From a virus, in IMG/VR virus record IMGVR_UViG_3300007735_000793, positions 1 through 64,000 of that record: DNA of 64,000 nucleotides, one strand, 5' to 3'. Below the pieces are notes generated by a model. That model worked only from the letters and a program-made list of their open reading frames with translations. It was not told the DNA's origin and did not search any database. The position numbers were made by a program, and so were the translations under genes. This document shows, piece after piece, positions 37,580 to 47,155 of the stretch; position 1 is the first letter of the stretch, and every line of letters starts with the position of its first letter.

Positions 37580-40387
37580 TTAATAGAATATTAAGGTTCT
37601 GAAGTGCGGTGTATCATTACTTCTTAAATAGTATAAGTAATCTAATCCATCATCACTCGTTTTTAATATCATTCTTTGAGCTTGTCTTGCGGTTGAGTTA
37701 CCTGCTGGTAATGTGGTTGCGCCATTTTCCATAATATCTCTATCAGTATCTATGTAAACAAACTGAGCGGAGATGTTAGGTTGAATATAAATTCGGTTTT
37801 TACCATCATAAGTAATATTAGTTCCATCAGTTAAGTTAAAGTTGGTAGCGTGATGCCAAGGTGGTATAAACGGATACTCATACATCATTGTTGCTATATT
37901 GTATTTTACAAACCTCAATGTAGAGTTTGCTTCAAACATATAAATGTATTTTCCTAATGAGCTAGTTGGTGTTAGGTTACTACCACTTTCTCTACCATAT
38001 ATCCATTTCATATCAGCACCCGCAGCACCTGTTACTGTAGAAGTTGTATTTCTTCTACCAGTTGGTAAAATACTATATACAGTTGTTGTATCAGGCGTTG
38101 CAGTTGTAGCACCAGCAGTATTAGTAGTACCAAAAGTTATTGTATTATTGGTATTTGATGAAATAGTTGCTTCTTGCCCCACACCCGTTCCTGCTAAAAA
38201 TCTAATTTGAGCACCCACCCAAAAGTTAGTAGGCCAGTTTTTAGTAGCATCTACAAGAGTGGATGCAGTACCTCCCGTTGCAGTTCCAAAGCCACGCGAT
38301 GATGATAACTCAAATGATACAACAAAGTTATTGGCAGTTGCTGCAGCATTTGCTGATAACGAAGCAGTTACAAATAATCCATTAGAACTTGTTTCAAATG
38401 AACGGAAGAATGTTGGAGAAGCAAAGTTTGTGCTGCTTGTTATAGGTGAACCAATGGGAACTTGTGATAATGTAGCAAACTGCGAAGCACTCATATAAAG
38501 AAATGGTTGACCACTAATCGTACTACCTGTTAAATAAAAGCTACTTGTTCCCGTTGTTATACCAGTATCTAATCCGTAACTTGCTCCAAATGCTTGAGGG
38601 CTTAATATGTTATATCCCCATACTGCCGTATTACCTGTTAAAGTAGTAGCGGATGCTTGTGCTGTTGCCAATGTTAGAGATTGCGAAGTATTTGCAGTAA
38701 TTCTTGAATAGTTAGTTGTAGGTGCGGTTGGTGAGCTACTCCATACTTGCACTATATTACCTACATGCTCATTTGTTACCCAGTTTTTAGATGTATCAAA
38801 TAATAGTGTAGTTGTATGTGCGTTTAATACCGCATTTGCTGAAGGTGTACTACCCATCGCATAAGTAAATGCAGTTGGTTGTGAAGTACCTGTTAAAGTA
38901 GCTGATAGTGGATATGATGATGTTGCTATAAATGTTCCATTGTAAATTGCAGCATCAGCACCAGTTGCACCTGTAATTGTTATTCTATCTCCAGTTTCAA
39001 AAGGATGTCCTGTGATTGTGGTTACAGTAGCAATATTACCTGTTCTTGTAATTGCTGATATAGGAACTTGAAAACTAAAAGATGAAGAATATCTAACTGA
39101 TGCAACATTCGCTACACCCTCATCTAACCTTTGAGATGGATAAAATGAGTTATTTAGGTTAGAGAATTGACCAACAGTAGCAAAGTTACCACCATTTATA
39201 TAGGATTTATCATCATCTACTATAATTTGGTATTGATTTGAACCGCTTGGTGCTACATCTAAATCAGCAGCAAATTGAAGAGTGTTGCTAGTATTTGAAG
39301 TTATTAATCTTTCAATACCATTTGTTTGGTTTACAAACCTATAATTTCTCCATTGATTAATTCCCCAGTTTTGGGTAGTATCTACTGCTACTCTAGCTGA
39401 ACCACTTGTTAAAGTTCCAGTAACAAATGGCGGTACTAATTCAGATGAAAGGGGTTCATATTGTAGGGTAGTTAAAGCTAAATAACTAGGCATTACACCT
39501 GTTTGACTATGTAATGGAAACCAGTTAGCATATAATGGGTCATATCTATATGCTAAAAAGAATGCGTTAGTAGATATATTTTGAACACTAACTAATGAAC
39601 CAATTATTATTTCAAAACGTGAACTTTTATCTAAATTGGTAGTCCAAGGGCTATCTACTGTAATAGTACTTCGTTGAATAACACAGCGAGTAGCAGTTCC
39701 TACTGAGATTGCGTTAGCATCATATACATGGTTATATGCCTGATTGGGGTCGGTTACATGCCATTCTGCGTTAGCGAAGTATAAAGTATCATTGTTGTTA
39801 TATAATACCCTTCTAACAAAGTATTGTTGTGAAGTTCCTAAATATGCTCTTACTTGATAACCTCTCCATTGATTTACCATCCACTTTTTGGTAGTATCAG
39901 TTATTGAGGTTACACCTGTTGTGGTGTTTGTATAAGTTGCAGTCGGAGTTAGATATTCTAAGTTTTCAGGTTGAGTACAAGCGGTAATAGTTCTTTCCTG
40001 TCCTCTACCTAATCCAGCTACTACTTTTATTTTTAATCCTACCACAGCACTTTCGTTGATAAATCCACCTGTTGCAGTTGAACTACCACTTGTCCCTGCT
40101 ATAAAGTTACCATAGTGTCCTTGGCTTAAATCCCATGAACCATTTACAGTTGATGCTGGTGAGTTAGGTAATAAAGAACCTAATGTTGTCCAAGAATCAC
40201 TATAAGTGTCATATAGATACATTGTTGTAGCTGAAGTGTGGAATGTGTATCTATTATATCTACTTCCAGTTGCTGCAGCAGGGAAGTTATAAACACAAGA
40301 GTTTGCTGCGGTAGTATAAGGTGAATACCTCATCCATTCCCATACGGGCTGGTCTACCATTGTTTTTAATCGTTTTGTTAGTGCCAT
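37580..40387 (-). CDS. Large beta-rich virion protein (propeller-like ends, internal D.TKNW..N.W repeats)
   Basis: Four D-T-T/S-K/Q-x-W-x-x-N-x-W/H repeats, each followed by strands ending in I..NT; YLYDTYSDSW blade-like motif. Confidence 0.6.
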   Translation of the reverse strand: MALTKRLKTMVDQPVWEWMRYSPYTTAANSCVYNFPAAATGSRYNRYTFHTSATTMYLYDTYSDSWTTLGSLLPNSPASTVNGSWDLSQGHYGNFIAGTSGSSTATGGFINESAVVGLKIKVVAGLGRGQERTITACTQPENLEYLTPTATYTNTTTGVTSITDTTKKWMVNQWRGYQVRAYLGTSQQYFVRRVLYNNNDTLYFANAEWHVTDPNQAYNHVYDANAISVGTATRCVIQRSTITVDSPWTTNLDKSSRFEIIIGSLVSVQNISTNAFFLAYRYDPLYANWFPLHSQTGVMPSYLALTTLQYEPLSSELVPPFVTGTLTSGSARVAVDTTQNWGINQWRNYRFVNQTNGIERLITSNTSNTLQFAADLDVAPSGSNQYQIIVDDDKSYINGGNFATVGQFSNLNNSFYPSQRLDEGVANVASVRYSSSFSFQVPISAITRTGNIATVTTITGHPFETGDRITITGATGADAAIYNGTFIATSSYPLSATLTGTSQPTAFTYAMGSTPSANAVLNAHTTTLLFDTSKNWVTNEHVGNIVQVWSSSPTAPTTNYSRITANTSQSLTLATAQASATTLTGNTAVWGYNILSPQAFGASYGLDTGITTGTSSFYLTGSTISGQPFLYMSASQFATLSQVPIGSPITSSTNFASPTFFRSFETSSNGLFVTASLSANAAATANNFVVSFELSSSRGFGTATGGTASTLVDATKNWPTNFWVGAQIRFLAGTGVGQEATISSNTNNTITFGTTNTAGATTATPDTTTVYSILPTGRRNTTSTVTGAAGADMKWIYGRESGSNLTPTSSLGKYIYMFEANSTLRFVKYNIATMMYEYPFIPPWHHATNFNLTDGTNITYDGKNRIYIQPNISAQFVYIDTDRDIMENGATTLPAGNSTARQAQRMILKTSDDGLDYLYYLRSNDTPHFRTLIFY

Positions 40388-40390
40388 AAT

Positions 40391-40909
40391 TTAACTGAAT
40401 TCTAATTGGTTTCTTAAAGTTGCGTATGCTATTCTGGATTGTAGTACAAATGTGGACTCGGGTGCTGATATTGTAGATGCGCCTGATGGTCCGTTTATCA
40501 TAGTACTTTGCATTACTGTTGCTGTTCCTGTACTACCCCCAATATCAATAGTTTGCCTACCCGCACTATCTTGTCTTGATGATGGTTCTAATAATTTAAC
40601 CATCCTACCTAATAGTGCCGTTTGGTCACTCAAATATTGTAGAGTTTCTTGTGATGCAGGGGTGTATTGATTTTCTAAAAATATCTGTAAACTATCACTA
40701 TCACTCATTAATGATGTATTGTATGTTAATGTTAATACATTACCACTTATAGTTCCCCCATAATTTGGGTCTGCGAAGTTATAAATAATAAGATTATCAG
40801 TTACATTTGTAATAAGTAGTAATTGTGGTAATGATATAGTTTCCGATGTATTAAATGTAATTTGCTTTGCAGCCGCATTAAATGTATAATCTTCAAATAA
40901 TATTTTCAT
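40391..40909 (-). CDS. Virion structural protein (baseplate/fibre-associated)
   Basis: YTFNAAAKQITF..LLLITNVTDNLIIYNFADP motif typical of large-phage structural genes. Confidence 0.55.
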   Translation of the reverse strand: MKILFEDYTFNAAAKQITFNTSETISLPQLLLITNVTDNLIIYNFADPNYGGTISGNVLTLTYNTSLMSDSDSLQIFLENQYTPASQETLQYLSDQTALLGRMVKLLEPSSRQDSAGRQTIDIGGSTGTATVMQSTMINGPSGASTISAPESTFVLQSRIAYATLRNQLEFS

Positions 40910-41100
40910 AATCCTCCCCCTTCTTTTATAATTCTACATAGTTTTGGGTAGTTTTCAATTTGTAGTTTTTCAATACACCTCTCCGCCTCCTCATAAGAAG
41001 TAAATAGATAAATTGGTTTATTTTCCCCATCAACTAATGAAGCCCATATAGAGCTATTACCATCTAAAAATTGTATTTGTATTTCGTATCGTTCATTCAT
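40906..41100 (-). CDS. Small hypothetical protein
   Basis: 64-aa ORF overlapping the next start. Confidence 0.55.
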   Translation of the reverse strand: MNERYEIQIQFLDGNSSIWASLVDGENKPIYLFTSYEEAERCIEKLQIENYPKLCRIIKEGGGL

Positions 41101-41118
41101 ATCTATTATATATAGTTT

Positions 41119-44100
41119 TTATAAAACAATTGAATATGCTATCATTAAAGAAAGTGCGTTGTTAGGTAATACACTACCCACTGTCGCACTTGCATATCCA
41201 GCTCTTGCCGTTGAAAATGTTATAACTGATTGATTATCTGATGTTCCTTGAATTGAATCAGGAACCACCACTTGATAACTATTATCGTATACTGTTATTA
41301 CAGGTGTTCTAAAATTAAGGTTATGATTAAAAGTCCAAGTGGTTGAAGCAACTGATTGTGTAAATGTTGCAAAGTTTTGACCGGAAAATGATGATGCGGT
41401 TAATGCGAGTGTAGCTGTTTGTGCGTTTTCTGCCCAACTTGCCGTTCCATAGAGTGAGCCTGTTATTGAACCACTTACACTTAAAGAACCTGTAATTTGT
41501 ATTTCCGAACCTGAAGCAAATAGTAAATTACTTCTATTACTATCATCAATACCATTACCTATTATAAAAGCAGATTGATCTGGTAATGATATATTATATT
41601 GACCTATTGTTAATTGATAGTCGCCTTGTGCTATTGTTCCTAATCCCTCTGCATGGGAAGCTATTCCTAATGCTAGTGTTCCTGATCCCTCTGCATGTGA
41701 ATACGCCCCAGATGCTATTGTTGAAATCCCTTCGGCATGAGAGCTATAGCCGGAAGATAAAGTACTAGATCCTTCAGCATGAGATGTAGCTCCCGATGAT
41801 ATAGAACTTGCACCTTCGGCGTGTGAATAGTTACCAGATGCTACAGTTTCTGTTCCTTCGGCATGAGAAGCTTCACCGGTGGTCAATGTATCTACACCCT
41901 CGGCATGCGAATAATTACCTGTTGCAGTTGTTGCTTGTCCTTGTACAACTGTCCCTGCTACATCTAATGTTGCTTTTGGAGTAGTTGTTCCAATACCTAC
42001 ATTACTGCCCGTAATTGTTAATTGTGTGGTATCTGCAGTTTGTAAAAATAATGAGCCTGAACCTCTTGCATTTATACTTAAATTTTGGTTATTTGATGTT
42101 CTGATTTCATTAAAGTTGGGTGTTGAATCATATAATGTTCCTATAATAGCCCCACCAATATTAAGTGTAACGGCACCACTACCATCTGATAAAAAGCTTA
42201 AATTAGTGCCACCACCATTTTTAAATATTGTAGCTAATCTAACAGAACCATTTACATCTAATTCTCTTTGTGGTGTTGCAGTTCCAACACCTACTCTACC
42301 ACTACCAGATACAAATAAAGCCGAAGGTGCGGTGGATGAAGAAGCTATTAATAATGCTTCATTATTAGCTCCCGATATATGAAGTCTTGCATTTGGTGAT
42401 GTGGTGTTTATACCAATAAGACCCGATGTATTGTTTATTTGAAATCTTACCGTACTATATGATACATCTTCAATTGTAAAGTTAGAATTAGGAACAACAC
42501 CCATTCTCCAACTATAACTGCTACCTCTATTAAATCTAATTGCACTTCCCTGCGATGCATCCCCCGTCAAATACACTAACTCATTTGTAGCGGATGTTCC
42601 ACTTATATGTAATCTTACAGATGGTGTTGTAGTGCCGATACCAACATTACCACTACTACTAATGGTCATTCTTACAGAACCACTTGTTTCTAATTGTAAA
42701 TCTTGAGTATCGTTAGTGCCTAAAAGTGCCGTAGCCCCAAATGAGTTGCCACCTTGCACAAATGCGTTAGTGCCTGTTGGGGCTATGAATGAAGATGTTA
42801 GTGCGTTTTGAGCCCAAGATGATGTTCCAAATAGTGAACCTGTTATTGAACCATTTACCCTTAATGAGCCTGTAAAGATATGGGTATCATCGGATGAATT
42901 ACCAAATTGAGTTGAGCCTGATTGGTATATTATACTCGCAGATACAAACTCCGTATGAAACTCTTCTGCGGTTATTCTACCAGTTACTAACAAATTACCA
43001 TCTACATGCAACCTTTCAGTTGGTGTTGTAGTGCCTATACCTACATTGCCTGAACTGGATATGAATACTCGTGTAGTATTGTTAGTTTCTAATTGTAGAT
43101 TACTCGCATTAATTGTTCCAATTGTTAGCGGACTACCAACTGCTCCCGTATTATTACCATCATTTAGGATTACTGCATTAGAACCATAAAACAACCTATT
43201 AGATGAGTTTGTCCATAAGTGAGTTGAACTTGGTGCAGTTGTTTGAGATGAATTATTAAAATCAATACCCTTATAATTTAATAAGGTTCTACCCCTCAAT
43301 TGTCCCAAACTGTCATAAGTTTCTGCTATGTAAGAAGCGCTGGTATGAGTAATTCCGCCAAAATCACCATCTATTGTTATAATATTTTTGCTTTGTGTAA
43401 CAGGTCCCCAAAAATTAGTTTTTCCGTAAACTTGAAACCCATCAATAGTGGTTGTGCTTGTAGGCGATGGTGCAGTATCAATTTTTATACCCCTACTAAT
43501 TGCACCAATCCCACCATATACTTCAAATATGTTTTTTCTATTTGCAGACGAAGGACCTGTTCCATCACCCACCACAAATATATTGTTAAAATCAGTCATT
43601 GCTTCATTGTAATGACCTACTACCAATTGACCCGATGATGATGCGATAGTTCCAATACCAAATGCTACTGTCGCAGTTCCTCTTGCCCACGAACCCGAAC
43701 CGGCTGCAAAAGAACCCGAACCATCTGCATCAGTTTCAATACCCACACTAAATGCAGCATATCCACTTGCGGTCGTATTTACACCAGCAGCATGAGCAGC
43801 AAATCCGGAGGCAAGTGTTCCCACACCTTCTGCAAATGAAGCAGTTCCGGTTGTAGTATTATTAAACCCAAAAACGGAAGAGCTTGGAGCATTTACTGCG
43901 GGGTTTATACCCGATAATATTGAATTTACACCTAATTGGTCAGATACCCTTGTCAGATTAGCCGCCAATGTGGGCATCCTAATATCAAAGTTTTGGAAAA
44001 CATCACCACTACCACTTGCGAACTCATTATACCAATCTTCATCAGTATCCAATGTAAATGAACCAGTAGACATACCACTTGCGGTTATGCTTAATATAAG

Positions 44101-44349
44101 TGTACCGTTGTTTACTGTCCAATTAGAACCGGTATTAAAAAATCCTACATTTAATTTTTTATCTTTTTGTAAAAATGATACGGTAGTAGAAATCCCCGCA
44201 TTAACATCTTTTACTATAACCCCACCAGGAACATTAAACTTAAGGGAAACTGCGCCAATATTTACAGATGAAGTATTGCTTAATACACTAATGGTGTAGT
44301 TATCAAGTGTTGTGTTTAATGAGCCTGAATTTGTTAGTGTTACTGCCAT
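41119..44349 (-). CDS. Tail-fibre-like protein with N-terminal cohesin-like domain (Coh-A)
   Basis: aa1-128 VTLTNSGS..IGAVSLKF..LNVGF..NEFASGSGDVFQNFDIRMP; then YadA-like and GNVGIGTT repeats, SHAEG repeats, C-terminal WTFNHNL module. Confidence 0.75.
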   Translation of the reverse strand: MAVTLTNSGSLNTTLDNYTISVLSNTSSVNIGAVSLKFNVPGGVIVKDVNAGISTTVSFLQKDKKLNVGFFNTGSNWTVNNGTLILSITASGMSTGSFTLDTDEDWYNEFASGSGDVFQNFDIRMPTLAANLTRVSDQLGVNSILSGINPAVNAPSSSVFGFNNTTTGTASFAEGVGTLASGFAAHAAGVNTTASGYAAFSVGIETDADGSGSFAAGSGSWARGTATVAFGIGTIASSSGQLVVGHYNEAMTDFNNIFVVGDGTGPSSANRKNIFEVYGGIGAISRGIKIDTAPSPTSTTTIDGFQVYGKTNFWGPVTQSKNIITIDGDFGGITHTSASYIAETYDSLGQLRGRTLLNYKGIDFNNSSQTTAPSSTHLWTNSSNRLFYGSNAVILNDGNNTGAVGSPLTIGTINASNLQLETNNTTRVFISSSGNVGIGTTTPTERLHVDGNLLVTGRITAEEFHTEFVSASIIYQSGSTQFGNSSDDTHIFTGSLRVNGSITGSLFGTSSWAQNALTSSFIAPTGTNAFVQGGNSFGATALLGTNDTQDLQLETSGSVRMTISSSGNVGIGTTTPSVRLHISGTSATNELVYLTGDASQGSAIRFNRGSSYSWRMGVVPNSNFTIEDVSYSTVRFQINNTSGLIGINTTSPNARLHISGANNEALLIASSSTAPSALFVSGSGRVGVGTATPQRELDVNGSVRLATIFKNGGGTNLSFLSDGSGAVTLNIGGAIIGTLYDSTPNFNEIRTSNNQNLSINARGSGSLFLQTADTTQLTITGSNVGIGTTTPKATLDVAGTVVQGQATTATGNYSHAEGVDTLTTGEASHAEGTETVASGNYSHAEGASSISSGATSHAEGSSTLSSGYSSHAEGISTIASGAYSHAEGSGTLALGIASHAEGLGTIAQGDYQLTIGQYNISLPDQSAFIIGNGIDDSNRSNLLFASGSEIQITGSLSVSGSITGSLYGTASWAENAQTATLALTASSFSGQNFATFTQSVASTTWTFNHNLNFRTPVITVYDNSYQVVVPDSIQGTSDNQSVITFSTARAGYASATVGSVLPNNALSLMIAYSIVL

Positions 44350-44418
44350 TTTTTTATTTTATTTCACCCACATTTAGTATAAATATACCCATTATAAATT
44401 AACATTTGGGATGTAACT
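44350..44418. repeat. Near-identical ~65-nt gene-end/promoter block, also at ~46066-46134 and ~52086-52153
   Basis: tattttatttcacccacatttagtataaatatacccattataaattaacatttggg present three times. Confidence 0.9.
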
Positions 44419-45162
44419 TCCGTCTACATCACCCAAACATAATGCCAAATATTGTAAGTTTGTGTTATTAGCTGAAGCAGTTAGTGGTATACCCATAGAT
44501 GATACTGCACCATTTAATGATGATGTAACACCATTTTGTGTCGCAGTACTATCCAAAGCAGTAGCATTTATCCCATACCAACCTCTAAAATTTGCACCGG
44601 AACCTGAACCAAATACCCAATTACCTCTATAATTAGATACACCCGATGTTGATGATTGCAGAAATGCAGTGTCAATTAAATCGATATCAAGAAGATCTAT
44701 GATATCATCACCATTTACATCTGCTGCCAATTGTCTAATACCAGTTAATACATTTCCCACAGCGGCGTGTTGAGATATACGTGACTCATCGACCATGTTT
44801 ACTCCACCCCAAGGTTTACTCGTTTCAAATTGAACATAATAGTTTCCAATAGGAACTGGTCCAAAGTTAAAATCACCAGTAGTTGCGTTTGTATCAACTG
44901 ATGTAAGTTGAGTACCACTTTCATCGAATAATGTCACCCTAGTATTTGTCATTGGTGTTAGGGCGGTATTATCATACCTAACAGTACCAGATTGTTGTAC
45001 ATATACCCTATTATCTAAACTTGATGTAAAATATGTTATTACACCACTTGCGGTGTTATACATCAAAACATGGTTTTTATAAAGGTTGGGTAAGTTACTT
45101 GCAGTTATGTTTAAAACATGCGCAGAACTACCTGATACAATAACCTTTTTCCATGATGGCAT
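44392..45162 (-). CDS. Adaptor-like protein: MPSWKK anchor + Ig-like + dockerin-like module (Doc-1); start revised to 45162
   Basis: SGTVRYDN..GNYY..KPWGGVNMVD..AADVNGDDIIDLLD..GNWVF..LCLGDVDGSY. Confidence 0.75.
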   Translation of the reverse strand: MPSWKKVIVSGSSAHVLNITASNLPNLYKNHVLMYNTASGVITYFTSSLDNRVYVQQSGTVRYDNTALTPMTNTRVTLFDESGTQLTSVDTNATTGDFNFGPVPIGNYYVQFETSKPWGGVNMVDESRISQHAAVGNVLTGIRQLAADVNGDDIIDLLDIDLIDTAFLQSSTSGVSNYRGNWVFGSGSGANFRGWYGINATALDSTATQNGVTSSLNGAVSSMGIPLTASANNTNLQYLALCLGDVDGSYIPNVNL

Positions 45163-45187
45163 ATAACACTCACTAATTTTTAAATCA

Positions 45188-45259
45188 TACAATATGGTTG
45201 GTTACACATACTAAGTGAGTAGTATATGAGCCCACTTCCTTATTCAGGCCAATATTGTA
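45188..45259 (-). ncRNA. Candidate structured cis-regulatory RNA in the 5' leader of Doc-1
   Basis: Outer stem TACAATAT/ATATTGTA, inner CCT-GAATA-AGG and CATATACTA-CTCACT-TAGTATGTG hairpins; GC-richer than neighbouring intergenic DNA. Confidence 0.5.
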
Positions 45260-45334
45260 GTTTTTTGGTTAATTTATACTCAATATATAGTATAAATATA
45301 GAAAAAAAATAATAAATGTTTATTTCCTCAAAAG

Positions 45335-46051
45335 TTATTGAGGGGTGTAACTTCCGTTTACATCACCCAAACATAATGCCAAATATTGTAAGTTTGTGTT
45401 ATTAGCTGAAGCAGTTAGTGGTATACCCATAGATGATACCACGCCTAAACTTGGTGAAACGGCTTGAATCGATACCATTCGCCAACCTCTAAAATTTGCA
45501 CCGGAGCCTGAGCCAAATACCCAATTACCTGCGGGGAATGAAAGGATTGAATTATTTATTCTATTATTAACCGAACTATAATCGTCATTATCTATATCAC
45601 CATCACCATCTACATCTGCTGCTAATTTTCTGATGTTGGTTAGTGGGTTACCATTAATATGTGCTTCTATTAGACTAGCATCATTTGTATTTACTCCACC
45701 CCAAGGTTTACTCGTTTCAAATTGAACATAATAGTTTCCAACAGGAACTTGTCCAAAGTTAAAATTACCATTGGAATCTGTAATAACTAATCTAAATTGA
45801 GTACCATTACTTTTTAATAATTTCACAGTAGTATTTGTCATTGATGTTTGTGCAGTATTATCATACTTAACACTACCAGATTGTTGTACATATACCCTAT
45901 TATCTAAACTTGATGAAAAATATGTTATTACACCACTTGCCGTATCATACATCAATACATTATTTTTGTAAATATTGGGTAAGTTACTTGCAGTTATGTT
46001 TAGTAAGTGAGCTGCACTACCTGATAATATTACTTTTTTCCATGATGGCAT
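45335..46051 (-). CDS. Adaptor-like protein with dockerin-like module (Doc-2)
   Basis: KPWGGVNTNDASLI..AADVDGDGDIDNDD..GNWVF..GDVNGSY. Confidence 0.78.
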   Translation of the reverse strand: MPSWKKVILSGSAAHLLNITASNLPNIYKNNVLMYDTASGVITYFSSSLDNRVYVQQSGSVKYDNTAQTSMTNTTVKLLKSNGTQFRLVITDSNGNFNFGQVPVGNYYVQFETSKPWGGVNTNDASLIEAHINGNPLTNIRKLAADVDGDGDIDNDDYSSVNNRINNSILSFPAGNWVFGSGSGANFRGWRMVSIQAVSPSLGVVSSMGIPLTASANNTNLQYLALCLGDVNGSYTPQ

Positions 46052-46107
46052 ATAATAGTTATTATTTTTTTATTTTATTTCACCCACATTTAGTATAAAT
46101 ATACCCA

Positions 46108-46830
46108 TTATAAATTAACATTTGGGGTGTAACTCCCATTTACATCACCAACTGAAAGTGCCCAATATTGCAAGTATATGTTATCAGCTGAAGCAGTTAG
46201 TGGTATACCAATTGAAGATACTGCCCTATATAATGAGGATGTTTGTCCATTCATAAACCAACCTCTAAAATTTGCACCGGAACCTGAACCAAACACCCAA
46301 TCACCTGCGATGAATGATGAACGCAGGAGTCCGAAACGTTGGTTGGCTTGGAGTGCATCGGTAGTGGTTATAGTATTACTTGCATTTATATCTGCTGCCA
46401 ATTGTCTGATACCAGTTAATAGTTGAGTGTTGCTGAAGTGTCTTGAAATAAGTAATGCATCAGTTGCGGTTACACCACCCCAAGGTTTACTCGTTTGAAA
46501 TCGAACATAATAGTTTCCAACAGGAACTGGTCCAAAGTTAAAATTACCCATCGCGTTTGTAATAACTGATCTAACTTGAGTACCACTTTCATCGAATAAT
46601 TTAACAGTAGTATTTGTCATTGGTGTTAGGCCGGTATTATCATACCTAACAGTACCAGATTGTTGTACATATACCCTATTATCTAAACTTGATGTAAAAT
46701 ATGTTACTGCACCACTTGCCGTATCATAGATTAAAATCGCCTGTTCAAAAGTATTAGATAAATTACTTGCGGTGATGTTTAATACTGATAACGCACTACC
46801 TGATGATATTACTTTTTTCCATGAGGGCAT
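46108..46830 (-). CDS. Adaptor-like protein with dockerin-like module (Doc-3)
   Basis: KPWGGVTATDALLISRHF..AADINASNTITTTDAL..GDWVF..GDVNGSY. Confidence 0.78.
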   Translation of the reverse strand: MPSWKKVISSGSALSVLNITASNLSNTFEQAILIYDTASGAVTYFTSSLDNRVYVQQSGTVRYDNTGLTPMTNTTVKLFDESGTQVRSVITNAMGNFNFGPVPVGNYYVRFQTSKPWGGVTATDALLISRHFSNTQLLTGIRQLAADINASNTITTTDALQANQRFGLLRSSFIAGDWVFGSGSGANFRGWFMNGQTSSLYRAVSSIGIPLTASADNIYLQYWALSVGDVNGSYTPNVNL

Positions 46831-46888
46831 ATAACACTTATTATATAATTACTACTTTATAAGTATATTTTTTTAATAATATTAGTGT

Positions 46889-47113
46889 TTATTTCTCCCC
46901 ATTTAAATCAATATACTGTGATTGGAGTTTGATAATGGTATTATATACCAATTCAACATCACCTACCTTAAAAGTTAAATCTTTTATTGATGTCAGTAAA
47001 AAGGTTATTTCTTCTACATTTAGATTACTTTCATTTAGGGTTGTAGTTTTAACCAATTCTTCCGCCGGAGTTCCAGTAGATGATTTCATTCTTATTTTAT
47101 TTAATAATGACAT
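46889..47113 (-). CDS. Small conserved hypothetical protein
   Basis: 74-aa ORF, EITFLL..IK..TFK..DVE..Y..IIKLQ. Confidence 0.6.
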   Translation of the reverse strand: MSLLNKIRMKSSTGTPAEELVKTTTLNESNLNVEEITFLLTSIKDLTFKVGDVELVYNTIIKLQSQYIDLNGEK

Positions 47114-47155
47114 TTTTTATAACCTTTCATTTTAAATGAGTAATTTTAGTTTTTA

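Noticed and set aside
44350-44394. Stop-codon readthrough fusing dockerin to cohesin
   Set aside because: The 42-nt gap is in frame but contains a second TAA; the equivalent gap at 52086-52126 is 41 nt
45188-45259. tRNA or a firm c-di-GMP-II riboswitch call
   Set aside because: No T-loop or cloverleaf; only short motif resemblance, and no kink-turn or pseudoknot evident
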